A stretch of DNA of 64,000 nucleotides from an uncultured Clostridia bacterium (GCA_944389125.1 CALXLF010000012.1:66794-130793); one strand, 5' to 3'. Positions 1 through 9,355 are shown, numbered from the stretch's first letter. Notes: generated from the sequence alone by a model not told the origin. Translations and numbers: made by a program.

Positions 1-552
1 GAATATTTTTCATTCATATTAATTGTATTTCCGATTACTATCTAAATAAGATACTTTCTGTTCATAAAATTCAGTTCCATATAATATTTTTTCTATGCTA
101 TTTAGATTATTAGTATTTGAATCATATGATAACATTTCAAATTGAAATATTCTGATTTCATTTAAAAAATTTCTAGGATCCATACAGTATTCTACAGCCT
201 GATCTGAAGAATCTACCCATCCGCTGTCAACTTCAACATTATATTGACCTGGTGTGGTATTTTTCCAATTATCTGAGTAATTTTTTGGAACTAGATTTTT
301 ACCAAATACAGTTTCATTTTTTATAACATAATCCCAATCCAAATTTGTATATAAAGCAATAAAAGTCCAATTCTGATGTTTTTTAGCTAATTCTTCTAAA
401 TATGGTTTATAACTATCTGGAAAATTTTCTATACCATTTGAGCTAGCTGTTACTTCTTTTTTAAAAAAGAAATTTAAAAACAAAAAGATAGCTATTATTA
501 CCGATATAATTAAACTTATATAAATAATTATTTTATTTTTCTTTTTTAACAT
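1..552 (-). pseudogene. Membrane-anchored or secreted cell-wall hydrolase-like protein (N-terminal region of a glucosaminidase-family protein). The frame is broken at CGG 33..31, and the gene continues past the window edge in the +1 frame.
   Basis: ORF track 19..552 with an N-terminal TM helix. Motifs YCMDPRNFL and IRIFQFEMLSY are recalled from clostridial glucosaminidase-type wall hydrolases (family call from memory). The 0-frame ends ...SNRKYN* three codons after CGG. Skipping one base gives GGA AAT ACA ATT AAT ATG AAT GAA AAA..., which stays open to position 1. Confidence 0.5.
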
Positions 553-1166
553 TTGCTATCCTCCATTATTTTTTCTTTTGCCTTTACTATAATTCTTTCT
601 TTTGAATCACTAGTACAAGTAATTAGTGTAACTTCTCTTTGGCCAACTGTTACTGCATCTAGCGGACTAACATCTTCTGGCAAGACTTTATAGATTTCAA
701 AAATCTCATATTCAACTCTTCCAATTTCATTATCGATAATAAACAAATTGTCCCCTATTTCTAATTTTTTTAGATCATGAAACATATTATCATTTATAAA
801 ATTGTGTCCAACAACACAAAAATTTCCTATTTTATTTGCATTAACTCCCCAAAATTTTGTAGGTGATATTTTTAGAGCCTCTTCTGAATATTCAGTTAAA
901 ATATTAGTTTCTAATGAGATTACTGGAATTTCTAGTTTTGCGCATACTGAATAACCTTTATAAGTATTTTCTATATCTTCTTTTGGATATTGTTTTTCAG
1001 GATTATTTATAACAATATCATCCGGGTTTGTAATATCACTATAAGTTTCTTCCTGAAAAACTTGCTTTTCAGTAACAACTTTTTCCACATTTTGTTCTTC
1101 TACTGTGAATAAAAAAATACTAAATATAAAAATAATTATAAAAATATTTACAATAAATTTTTTCAT
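546..1166 (-). CDS. Sortase (transpeptidase) with an N-terminal membrane anchor
   Basis: Catalytic signatures are His (VVGHNF), Cys (TLITC) and Arg (RIIVKA). There is an N-terminal hydrophobic helix. It lies immediately downstream of an LPKTG substrate gene and overlaps the next gene by 7 nt. Confidence 0.85.
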   Translation of the reverse strand: MKKFIVNIFIIIFIFSIFLFTVEEQNVEKVVTEKQVFQEETYSDITNPDDIVINNPEKQYPKEDIENTYKGYSVCAKLEIPVISLETNILTEYSEEALKISPTKFWGVNANKIGNFCVVGHNFINDNMFHDLKKLEIGDNLFIIDNEIGRVEYEIFEIYKVLPEDVSPLDAVTVGQREVTLITCTSDSKERIIVKAKEKIMEDSKC

Positions 1167-1192
1167 AATTTTATTTTCCTCAAAAATTATGT

Positions 1193-1242
1193 ATGCCGAG
1201 ATTTAATATAAAATTTTTTATTATATAATTCAAACTCGGCAT
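1193..1242 (-). terminator. Hairpin between the LPKTG gene and the sortase gene (possible partial terminator or attenuator)
   Basis: 8-bp GC-containing arms ATGCCGAG (1193..1200) and CTCGGCAT (1235..1242) flank an AT-rich 34-nt loop, just 3' of the stop at 1249. Confidence 0.3.
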
Positions 1243-1248
1243 AACAAA

Positions 1249-2358
1249 TTATTTATGATTTTTTCTGTTATAATAAATTGCAAAGCTTACTAAGCCTATC
1301 ATTATGATTGCAATTGGAATATATATATTATTACCAGTTTTTGGTAAACTTGTTGGTTTTTCTGAATTTTCTGTATTCATTATTTCTTTATTTTCTTCTG
1401 TTTCTGTATTTATATTTTCTTCAGCAATTTCGCTTTCTACATTTTCATCTTTTGCCTCATCTACTGTTTCACTAGAATTATCATTTGGTGATGTTGCCAA
1501 TCCATCTGATGACTTTTCTATTGCTGAAAGAGAAAAAGTTTTTTCAGCAATTATGCTATCTGAATTGTCTCTATCTATTAATTTAAGTGTTATAGTGTAA
1601 TCTCCAGCATCAGTAAATAATCCTTTAACATTTAAAACTTGAGTTACATCTTTTCCACCTATTTTGTATCCTTGAGGATCTCCCCATCCACTTTGAATAA
1701 TATCTTCTGCACCTTTACTTTGGTCGATTCCAACTAATTTAACATTTGCTCCTGAAGGACTAGTGCTTTCTGCTATTAATCTTGCATGCTCATAATAACG
1801 ACCCATGCTAGAAGAATAAGAAATAGTCATATCTTTTTCTTCTCCTGCTATAATATCACCTGTATAATCTAAATTTATATTATAATCTTGATATTCAGGT
1901 TCTACTGTAATATTTTTTACAATTGGAGTTAAAATATCGTCATAAGTAACTGATGCATCTGAGTTTGATAATCCTTCACCTGTTACTGTTAATTCTGTTG
2001 GGTTTGATGTTGTAAGATCAGCTTTTGCTCTAAATACAACACTTAAACTTTCACTTGGATTTGTTCCACCAGTTGAATCATGAAATGCAACTCTTACATT
2101 ACCAGATGTATCATTAGGCGTTCCATTTGAAACAGATACATATTCAAAAATATTATCATCATAATTTATATCAAATGTATAAGCTCCTAAACCTATACCA
2201 AAATTTATAGTAAGTGTTACTTCTTCACCTGGTCTTACTGTTGTTTTGCTTACGTCTACTTGAATAGTATCTAATGAGTCAGCATAACTTACAGTCATCG
2301 GCAAAAATAACATAATTATTGCTGTTAAAATCATCAAAATTTTTACTGTTTTTTTCAT
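1249..2358 (-). CDS. LPXTG cell-wall-anchored surface protein with a cohesin-like N-terminal beta-sandwich domain
   Basis: Signal peptide MKKTVKILMILTAIIMLFLPMTVSYA. The C-terminus carries LPKTG, a hydrophobic helix and the tail RKNHK. The N-terminal region (VTLTINFGIGLGAYTFDINYDDNIFEYVSV) resembles cohesin-type domains. Confidence 0.8.
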   Translation of the reverse strand: MKKTVKILMILTAIIMLFLPMTVSYADSLDTIQVDVSKTTVRPGEEVTLTINFGIGLGAYTFDINYDDNIFEYVSVSNGTPNDTSGNVRVAFHDSTGGTNPSESLSVVFRAKADLTTSNPTELTVTGEGLSNSDASVTYDDILTPIVKNITVEPEYQDYNINLDYTGDIIAGEEKDMTISYSSSMGRYYEHARLIAESTSPSGANVKLVGIDQSKGAEDIIQSGWGDPQGYKIGGKDVTQVLNVKGLFTDAGDYTITLKLIDRDNSDSIIAEKTFSLSAIEKSSDGLATSPNDNSSETVDEAKDENVESEIAEENINTETEENKEIMNTENSEKPTSLPKTGNNIYIPIAIIMIGLVSFAIYYNRKNHK

Positions 2359-2534
2359 AAAAATTTTCCTCCTTTTTTTGTTTTATATTTTTAGTATGAT
2401 ATTTTTTTGGAGAAAAATAGCTAGAAAGTTTTTCAAAATTTTATATTATTTTCAAAATTTGCTAAAAAAAAGACACCATTTAATAACAAAATTACTGCTA
2501 TTAAACAATGTCTTTTTTATAAAATTTAATAAAA

Positions 2535-4868
2535 TTAATCACTCATTTCTCTTCCAGCAATTACTTTTCCAGTATATGGATTTACGTAAAAATATGCTCT
2601 ATTAACCTCTAAATCATCATCTGGGCTAACTAAAATAATCTCATAAGTTGACTCATCTGCTCCTAAATTTAAATTAGAATCTGTAATTGGAGTATTTGCA
2701 ATTATTAAGTCCCAATAATTATTTGATCTTTGACTAACAAATTCATTTACTTCATAAACTTTTGTAAATTTAGAATAATAATCTTTGGCTAGGTTTGATA
2801 CACATTCATTAGCAACTGTTTGAGCATAATCTAAAGCAATTTGAATACATTCTTCTTTAGTATAATTTTCATTTTCATGAGTCTCTTTAAATGCTACCAA
2901 ACTATTTGTACTTTCACTATCATATCCACCATACATATCAATTCCAATTCCAAAAGCTTCTCTTTCCATAGATCTTGGAATTACAAATGAAAAACCATTT
3001 TCATTTATAATATATGTATTTTGTTCATAATCACTAAATTTTGTAAAATTTATATATAATGTTCCATTACTATCAAAAACATTATCAACTTTAATTCCTA
3101 AATTATTAATGTCTTCCGGAAATGCTATTACCATAAATTGATTTTCAAAATCATCTTCTGACATTTCTAAAATATCCTGAAAAATCTCTTTATATTTACA
3201 ATATGTTTTATAATTTTCTATTTGCATATAATAAATTTGATTTTGATAAAGCATTCTTCCATAATAATTAAATTCACTATTGTTTAAAAATTCTGTATTA
3301 AATACTTTGTATTTAACTGAACCTATTTTTCCATAATATGTTCCATCATAATATGAGCTTTTATTCTTAATTTCAGAATCTGATGATGAATCTTCATAAT
3401 TTAGATTTGCAGAATATAAACTTCCATGTTCTTTTTTATATTTTTCTATCTTTACTTTACTAAAATATTTTGAATAATTGAAATTTCTAAAATCAATATT
3501 TTCATTTTTTTCATAAAGATCTGAAAGAGAATTTGCTAAATACTGCTTATCTTCATTAGATATATTTTTATCTTCAAGAAGTTTAATCATTTGAGAAGTA
3601 GCATCAGTTCCCAAACTTGTTAAATAATATACATCTATTTTTCCTGTATCATAAAATCTATTTAAATTTCTTTGAGCTATAATCCAATTTAAATTACTAA
3701 AATTCATCACAAGGTACACAGCAACAACTACACTAAAATAAACCTTTTCAAGTTTTATATCTTTTCCTATAATTTTCAAAAGCGTTGGAATAATTAAAAC
3801 AAATTCAGTAATTAATATAAAATAAACTAAAGTTCTTTTTAAAGTATATCCATATTGAAGCTCATATTGATACATTCTTACACCTGCTAAAGCAACTAGA
3901 ATTTCAGTAAATATTACCATAATAATACTTGATATTACTAAATAACCTTTTTTATCTTCAAAATTTTCTTTAGCACTTGCAATTAATATTGTTACAAAAT
4001 TAATTAGAGATACTATCATTAGTTGGAAAAATCCTTGTCTTGCATAGCTAGCCAAATCACCTGAATTATAAGTTGCAACTGTTTTTATTTGAATAATTAT
4101 AAATAAAAGATAAATTATATTTAAAACAGTTAAAACCATTTTTATAGTTAATGTATCATTATTATCTTTTTTTGTCTTATGTTTGACAGCTTCCTCTTCA
4201 TAATTAATAATATTTAGTTTTAAAAAGCTTGCCAAATATAAATACATTAAAAGTGTTAAAAATATTTCCCATAAAATTCTATATATGTTTATATTATTTC
4301 CAAAGTGTAATATATTTACTAATATATGAGAAATAAAACTTCCAAATGATGAATCTGCAGAAGATAACAGCACTAAAACAATACATGCCATTATAAATGT
4401 TATAACAATTCCTTTAAATAAATTTCCATTATTTTGTTTTTTATCTTCTTTTTCTTTTGATTTTTTCTCTCCTATATAGAACTTTTTTACATCCTGAAAA
4501 ACTTCTCCTAAATGATTTATTGGAACAAGAACTGCTTCAAATATTTCTCTAATTAAATTTTTAAAATTAATATTTTTATTCTGAATTTTAATTAGAAAAA
4601 ATAATATACAAATAGGAATAAATAAAACATTCCACCTTAAGAAAAATTGATTATTAAAAATCAAATATGTAAATGAAAGCAAAACTATTGGAATACACCA
4701 AATAAATGCTTTTTTATTTTTTATTTTATTATTATTTTTTAATAAATAAATTATAAATACTAAAAATGGCATAACATATAAAGCAACTGAAATTCCTGCT
4801 TTGCCTGCTCCAAATATTATTCTGTAATATATACTAAAAAGCAATGAAAAGAATAAAACATATGACAT
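2535..4868 (-). CDS. Large polytopic membrane protein (DUF4153/DUF4173-like) with a C-terminal extracytoplasmic domain
   Basis: 777-aa ORF with about 10 or more hydrophobic helices in the first 400 aa and a soluble Y/N/E-rich C-terminal half. The family assignment is from memory only. Confidence 0.55.
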   Translation of the reverse strand: MSYVLFFSLLFSIYYRIIFGAGKAGISVALYVMPFLVFIIYLLKNNNKIKNKKAFIWCIPIVLLSFTYLIFNNQFFLRWNVLFIPICILFFLIKIQNKNINFKNLIREIFEAVLVPINHLGEVFQDVKKFYIGEKKSKEKEDKKQNNGNLFKGIVITFIMACIVLVLLSSADSSFGSFISHILVNILHFGNNINIYRILWEIFLTLLMYLYLASFLKLNIINYEEEAVKHKTKKDNNDTLTIKMVLTVLNIIYLLFIIIQIKTVATYNSGDLASYARQGFFQLMIVSLINFVTILIASAKENFEDKKGYLVISSIIMVIFTEILVALAGVRMYQYELQYGYTLKRTLVYFILITEFVLIIPTLLKIIGKDIKLEKVYFSVVVAVYLVMNFSNLNWIIAQRNLNRFYDTGKIDVYYLTSLGTDATSQMIKLLEDKNISNEDKQYLANSLSDLYEKNENIDFRNFNYSKYFSKVKIEKYKKEHGSLYSANLNYEDSSSDSEIKNKSSYYDGTYYGKIGSVKYKVFNTEFLNNSEFNYYGRMLYQNQIYYMQIENYKTYCKYKEIFQDILEMSEDDFENQFMVIAFPEDINNLGIKVDNVFDSNGTLYINFTKFSDYEQNTYIINENGFSFVIPRSMEREAFGIGIDMYGGYDSESTNSLVAFKETHENENYTKEECIQIALDYAQTVANECVSNLAKDYYSKFTKVYEVNEFVSQRSNNYWDLIIANTPITDSNLNLGADESTYEIILVSPDDDLEVNRAYFYVNPYTGKVIAGREMSD

Positions 4869-5062
4869 AAATATTTTCTCCTTTTATTTTCATATTAAAT
4901 TTATTAATTTAATATAAAAATAATATCATTTTTTTGAAATTTTAGCAATCTACTCTTAGTAGAATTATCCAAATGTCAGCCACACACAAAAAAATATATT
5001 TGAATACTTTACAAATTTTTTTGAAATAATAAATATAAATTTAGATTAAGGAGATTAAAATT

Positions 5063-5497
5063 ATGGAAAATACTGAACTAAATGTTTTAGATGAAATTAA
5101 TAAAGGTGCGACTATGGGAATGGACGCTATAAATTTTATAAGAGAAAAAGTAGGAGACAAAAAATTCAGACAAGTTTTAAATACTGAATATGACAAATAT
5201 CAAACTATATCTCAAAGAGTAAATAATATATATGATAATTATTCTTCAAAAAAGCCTCATGAACCAAACAAAATGGAAAAAGCAATGACATGGTATGGAG
5301 TTCAAATGAAAACTCTTAAAGATAGCAGTAATTCGAATATTTCAGAGCTTTTACTTAAAGGCACAAACATGGGAATAATAGAAGGACGTCGACTTTTAAA
5401 TCAACATCAAGATTTAAACCCAAAGATTCATTCTCTTTTAGACGAATTTGTAAGCATGCAAGAAAACAGTGCTCAAATATTAAAAGAATATCTATAA
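5063..5497 (+). CDS. Small helical cytoplasmic protein of unknown function
   Basis: 144-aa ORF preceded by AAGGAG 8 nt upstream of the ATG. It has no TM segment or signal peptide and is followed by a long hairpin. Confidence 0.6.
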   Translation: MENTELNVLDEINKGATMGMDAINFIREKVGDKKFRQVLNTEYDKYQTISQRVNNIYDNYSSKKPHEPNKMEKAMTWYGVQMKTLKDSSNSNISELLLKGTNMGIIEGRRLLNQHQDLNPKIHSLLDEFVSMQENSAQILKEYL

Positions 5498-5508
5498 TTA
5501 ACTCAACA

Positions 5509-5569
5509 ATGAACATTAAAGAGAGTCCCTTTTGTTCAATGAACTTTAGAGACTCTCTTTAATGTTCAT
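5509..5569 (+). terminator. Long perfect inverted repeat (19-bp arms) with a nested palindrome in the loop
   Basis: ATGAACATTAAAGAGAGTC (5509..5527) pairs with GACTCTCTTTAATGTTCAT (5551..5569). The loop contains GTTCA-A-TGAAC. A T-run follows about 15 nt downstream. Confidence 0.6.
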
Positions 5570-5607
5570 AAATTTACCAATTTTTTTGAGTTTTTTTCTA
5601 AAAATGC

Positions 5608-5636
5608 TTGAAATTTTATTTTTTGTGTGCTATTAT
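5608..5636 (+). promoter_or_regulatory. Sigma-A-type promoter for the tRNA gene
   Basis: TTGAAA (5608..5613), 17-nt spacer, TATTAT (5631..5636), with TGC immediately upstream (extended -10). It lies 27 nt before the tRNA 5' end. Confidence 0.6.
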
Positions 5637-5662
5637 ATACGAGTACGTTTTAAGTACGACTT

Positions 5663-5739
<77 letters not shown>

Positions 5740-5743
5740 AAAA

Positions 5744-5783
5744 AGCCTAAAATTTTGAATTAATCAAAATTTTAGGCTTTTTG
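5744..5783 (+). terminator. Rho-independent terminator after tRNA-Arg
   Basis: 15-bp stem AGCCTAAAATTTTGA (5744..5758) / TCAAAATTTTAGGCT (5764..5778), 5-nt loop, then TTTTT. Confidence 0.8.
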
Positions 5784-5793
5784 TTATATAAAA

Positions 5794-5922
5794 TTATTTA
5801 TTTTTTCTTGCTTTAATTACAGCATCTATTTTATCTTCCTCAAATTGAATTTGTACCTTTTCTTCTGGTGTAAATTTTAAACTATTTTTTACTTCTTCCC
5901 ATGTCAAATATTTTTCTTTCAT
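5794..5922 (-). CDS. Small ORF (42 aa) not in the supplied track; hypothetical
   Basis: ATG at 5922 is preceded by AGGAGG with an 8-nt spacer. Translation is MKEKYLTWEEVKNSLKFTPEEKVQIQFEEDKIDAVIKARKNK*. No homology call is possible. Confidence 0.4.
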   Translation of the reverse strand: MKEKYLTWEEVKNSLKFTPEEKVQIQFEEDKIDAVIKARKNK

Positions 5923-5962
5923 TTTATAATCCTCCTAAAAATAAATAATTAAATATTAGTTT

Positions 5963-6574
5963 CTAATAATTACTTAAATCACTCAACATTTGTAATAAAT
6001 AATCTCCACTATTTTTATCTTTTTCATCCTTTTCAAGATTTCTTTTTCCAAAATAAACAAATCCATTTCTTTCATAAAACTCTTTTAGCTTTACATCATC
6101 TTCACATTCTAAAAAAGCAAATCTTCCACCTAAAATACCTTGAGCTATTCTAATTTTATCACAAGCTAATTTTAATAATAAATCTCCTGTAATTAATTTA
6201 TTATAATTATTATTATAATTTTTTCCAATTTGTCCTATTAATGGCAAAGAAATAGAGTAACTTTTAGTTTCAGAATCATATTGTGCAAATTTCATAATTT
6301 TCTTTTTCTTAGTTTTAGAAATTACAATATTTTTTACATTTATAACCTTATTAGCTATTGCAAAGTATCCAACAATAACATCTTTTTTCTTATAGGAACT
6401 CGTTACTATAAACGTTTCAGCTATTCCTTGTTTAGAGAATTCTATTGATTTTTCTTTTATAAAATATTCAACATCTTTATTTAATTCACATTTGTATTCT
6501 TTCAATATTTCTTTAGTTTTTATTTCTCCAATACTATTATAGATATCTTTTAGATTTATTATCTTATATCCCAT
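5963..6574 (-). CDS. GNAT-family N-acetyltransferase with TacT/AtaT-like toxin architecture
   Basis: The C-terminal GNAT end is GRFAFLECEDDVKLKEFYERNGFVYFG. The N-terminal region KEYKCELNKDVEYFIKEKSIEFSKQGIAETFIV resembles the F-x-C/S...FL...A motif region of GNAT toxins. It is separated by only 2 nt from an upstream small ORF. Confidence 0.65.
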   Translation of the reverse strand: MGYKIINLKDIYNSIGEIKTKEILKEYKCELNKDVEYFIKEKSIEFSKQGIAETFIVTSSYKKKDVIVGYFAIANKVINVKNIVISKTKKKKIMKFAQYDSETKSYSISLPLIGQIGKNYNNNYNKLITGDLLLKLACDKIRIAQGILGGRFAFLECEDDVKLKEFYERNGFVYFGKRNLEKDEKDKNSGDYLLQMLSDLSNY

Positions 6575-6576
6575 TA

Positions 6577-6753
6577 CTATTTATTGTCGAATATTTCCTT
6601 TATTTTTTTTCTATCAGTTACATCTTCTACCATTTTATCAAAATGCACTTTTTTTCTTTTTTTACCTTCAGCATGTTCTAATGCTTCAATAAATGATGTA
6701 GCTTCAGTTTTATTTTTTATTGATATATTTTTTAAGAAACTTTTTGTTGCCAT
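6577..6753 (-). CDS. Small charged protein, candidate antitoxin partner of the GNAT
   Basis: 58 aa counted from the ATG at 6753, which has AAGGAG 8 nt upstream (the track ORF starts earlier, at 6774). It is lysine/glutamate-rich and its stop abuts the GNAT start. Confidence 0.5.
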   Translation of the reverse strand: MATKSFLKNISIKNKTEATSFIEALEHAEGKKRKKVHFDKMVEDVTDRKKIKEIFDNK

Positions 6754-6857
6754 ATCATCAACTCCTTTTTTCATTATATGTCATATCTATAATATTATAT
6801 CATTGCTTATATAATTATGTAAATTAAAATTTGCATTTTTATTTAAATTTTTATATC

Positions 6858-7439
6858 TTATTTCACACAAATATCCTCTTTAATTTTTTCAAATTTACTA
6901 TCACCTATTCCTGATACATTTTTTATATCTTCTATGCTTGCAAATTTTCCATTTTCTTCTCTGTATTTTATTATGCTTTCTGCTATTGATTCTCCTACTC
7001 CATTTAAAGATTGTAATTGTTCAGATGTAGCTGTATTTATATTTACTTTTGAATTATTGCTTGAGTTTTCAATATATGGAATATCTTCTTCATCATTGAT
7101 ACTAGGTATATAAATTTTTTCACCATCTGATAATACATAAGCTAGATTTACTTTTGATGTATCTGCCATACTTGTAGTTCCTCCTGCTTTATTTATTGCA
7201 TCTAAAATTCTATCTCCAGAAATAAGTTCAATTAATCCAGGATTATTTATCTCTCCTGTAATATGGATTTTTATTGAATTATCTTCCGTGTTTTCTTTTG
7301 TAACACTATTTTCTGAATTATTTATAATATTTTCATAACTTAGCTCAAATTCTTCTGTATCTTTTAAATTATTTTTTATATATGCAATTACTAAAATTAT
7401 TCCAATTATTAAAAATATGATTATACTTCTCTTATTCAT
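6858..7439 (-). CDS. comEA: Competence protein ComEA (membrane-anchored helix-hairpin-helix DNA-binding protein)
   Basis: N-terminal TM helix, an SLBB-like segment (IHITGEINNPGLIEL...DRILDAINKAGG) and a C-terminal tandem HhH (VNINTATSEQLQSLNGVGESIAESIIKYREENGKFASIEDIKNVSGIGDSKFEKIK). Confidence 0.85.
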   Translation of the reverse strand: MNKRSIIIFLIIGIILVIAYIKNNLKDTEEFELSYENIINNSENSVTKENTEDNSIKIHITGEINNPGLIELISGDRILDAINKAGGTTSMADTSKVNLAYVLSDGEKIYIPSINDEEDIPYIENSSNNSKVNINTATSEQLQSLNGVGESIAESIIKYREENGKFASIEDIKNVSGIGDSKFEKIKEDICVK

Positions 7440-7573
7440 AACTTAATCTCCTTTTTATATATCTTCATATATTTTTAAGCTTTGCCTTATATAAATTAAA
7501 AAAATTTATATTGAAAATAAGTTAATTTTAATGTAAACTAATTAATATAATTTTTATGAGGTGAAATTTTCGA

Positions 7574-8794
7574 ATGAAAAAAATTATCAAAATTTTTTTG
7601 ATTTTTTTATTTATTTTTTATTTTGTTATAAATACATATTTTGTTAATGCTGACACTTCAGAGCAAAACAATATTTCTCTTGATTCTGAAGGTGCAATAC
7701 TTATGGAAAATGAAAGTGGAAATGTTTTATATGAAAAAAATAGTACAGAAAAACTTTACCCTGCAAGTACAACAAAAATTATGACAGCAATACTTGCAAT
7801 TGAAAACTGTGATTTAAATGAAAAAGCAGTTGTTAGCCAAGCAGCAATAGATGCAGTTCCAAGTGGTTATACAAATGCAGGATTAGTTGCAGGTGAAGAA
7901 TTTACTGTACAAGATTTACTATATGCATTAATGCTTGCTTCTGCAAATGAAGCTGCAAATGTTTTAGCTGAACATATTTCTGGTTCTGTTGAAGAGTTTG
8001 CTGCTTTAATGACTGAAAAAGCTAAAGAACTTGGATGTGAAAATACAAATTTTGTTAATGCGAATGGTATGCATAATGAAAATCATTATACAACTGCAGA
8101 AGACTTAGCTATTATTGCTAAATATTGCTTTGAAAATGAGACTTTTAGAAAAATTATTCAAACAGTAAGTTACACAATACCCGCAACAGAACTTCATCCA
8201 GAGGAAGATAGAGTTTTAACTAATACTGATGCACTAATTAATAAAAATAGTAAATACTATTATGAATATGCTCTTGGAGGGAAAACTGGATTTACTTCAC
8301 AAGCTGGAAATTGTCTAGTATGTTTTGCTAAAAAAGATGGTGTTTATTTAACTGCTGTTTTATTAAAAGCTAGCTCATCTGCTAATCGTTTTTCAGATGC
8401 AAAAACACTATTAAGTTTTGGATATGATAATTTTTCAGATCAGGTTTTAGTTGAAAAAGGAACTCCTATAGAAACAATTGAAGTTCCAAATGCAAAAGAT
8501 GAATCAAATACTGTAGAATTAACTACTGGTGGAGAAATTTCAGATTATGTTCAAAATGATTTTGAGGACAACTTAACATATGAAATAAACTTAAATCAAA
8601 ATATTTCAGCACCTGTATATGTTGGAAGTACACTTGGAGAAATAACTTATTCTTTAAATAATAAAACATATACTGTCCCACTAGTTGCTTCAAACACTGT
8701 TTATAGTGCTCATAATTATGCCTCATATTTTTTAGCAATTGGATTGGTTTTACTAATAGTTTCGATAATAATTATTCCAAAAAGAAAAAAATAA
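7574..8794 (+). CDS. D-alanyl-D-alanine carboxypeptidase (low-molecular-weight PBP, S11 family)
   Basis: Signal peptide. Motifs SxxK (ASTTKIMTA), SxN (SANEAA) and KTG (GGKTGFT). C-terminal membrane anchor YFLAIGLVLLIVSIIIIPKRKK. Confidence 0.85.
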   Translation: MKKIIKIFLIFLFIFYFVINTYFVNADTSEQNNISLDSEGAILMENESGNVLYEKNSTEKLYPASTTKIMTAILAIENCDLNEKAVVSQAAIDAVPSGYTNAGLVAGEEFTVQDLLYALMLASANEAANVLAEHISGSVEEFAALMTEKAKELGCENTNFVNANGMHNENHYTTAEDLAIIAKYCFENETFRKIIQTVSYTIPATELHPEEDRVLTNTDALINKNSKYYYEYALGGKTGFTSQAGNCLVCFAKKDGVYLTAVLLKASSSANRFSDAKTLLSFGYDNFSDQVLVEKGTPIETIEVPNAKDESNTVELTTGGEISDYVQNDFEDNLTYEINLNQNISAPVYVGSTLGEITYSLNNKTYTVPLVASNTVYSAHNYASYFLAIGLVLLIVSIIIIPKRKK

Positions 8795-8832
8795 TAATTT
8801 TTGAATTTAAAAATGAAATAAAAAAATTAATA

Positions 8833-8870
8833 AATGATGTTAAAATATTTTTTATTTTAGCATCATTTTT
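8833..8870 (+). terminator. Rho-independent terminator after the carboxypeptidase gene
   Basis: 15-bp stem AATGATGTTAAAATA (8833..8847) / TATTTTAGCATCATT (8853..8867) with one G-U pair, followed by TTT. Confidence 0.6.
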
Positions 8871-8890
8871 CTTTGCTGTCAACCGTTAGC

Positions 8891-8919
8891 TTTACTTTTT
8901 ATGTTAAGTTTGATATAAT
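8891..8919 (+). promoter_or_regulatory. Candidate extended -10 promoter upstream of the GC-rich islet genes
   Basis: TTTACT (8891..8896), 17-nt spacer, TG-A-TATAAT (8911..8919). Confidence 0.35.
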
Positions 8920-9007
8920 TAAAATAGTGTTTGGGGGGACCTAAACTTAATATATAGTACATTGAAAAAAATTCTTATGGCCCAAAATGGGTAGAAAGGA
9001 GAACAAT

Positions 9008-9343
9008 ATGTTCGCAACAGTTATGTTTGTAGTCTTTTTGATTGGAGCAATCTTGGTTGCCCTTTCAGCAGCAGGGATCACCGGTATGATCGGCGGACGC
9101 ATGTCAAGCCTCAACTGGATTATGATCCTCCGAGTAATTATTGGCATCATTTTAGGACTTGCAATCTGCTATGCCCTGTGTTTCTTCGGAGTTGTTGTCG
9201 GAGTTATAGGATTGATTGGCGGATTTGTCCTGGGAATGTTTCTTCCAACCATTGTTGTCCTGTTATGGGGCATACTCAAATGGTGGATGAAACTGTTACT
9301 TGTAGTCATCGTTGTTGCGGCTCTCATTGCCGTATTTCTGTAA
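9008..9343 (+). CDS. Small multi-pass membrane protein (about 111 aa), unknown function, in the GC-rich islet
   Basis: The ATG at 9008 has AAGGAG 7 nt upstream. The protein is almost entirely hydrophobic or Gly-rich helices. Local G+C is far above background. Confidence 0.6.
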   Translation: MFATVMFVVFLIGAILVALSAAGITGMIGGRMSSLNWIMILRVIIGIILGLAICYALCFFGVVVGVIGLIGGFVLGMFLPTIVVLLWGILKWWMKLLLVVIVVAALIAVFL

Positions 9344-9355
9344 GGAGGTTTACTT

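Noticed and set aside
1304-2605. Plus-strand ORFs 1304..1600 and 2378..2605
   Set aside because: The first is antisense to the LPKTG protein gene. The second spans an intergenic region and the 3' end of the membrane-protein gene, has no RBS and gives a low-complexity translation.
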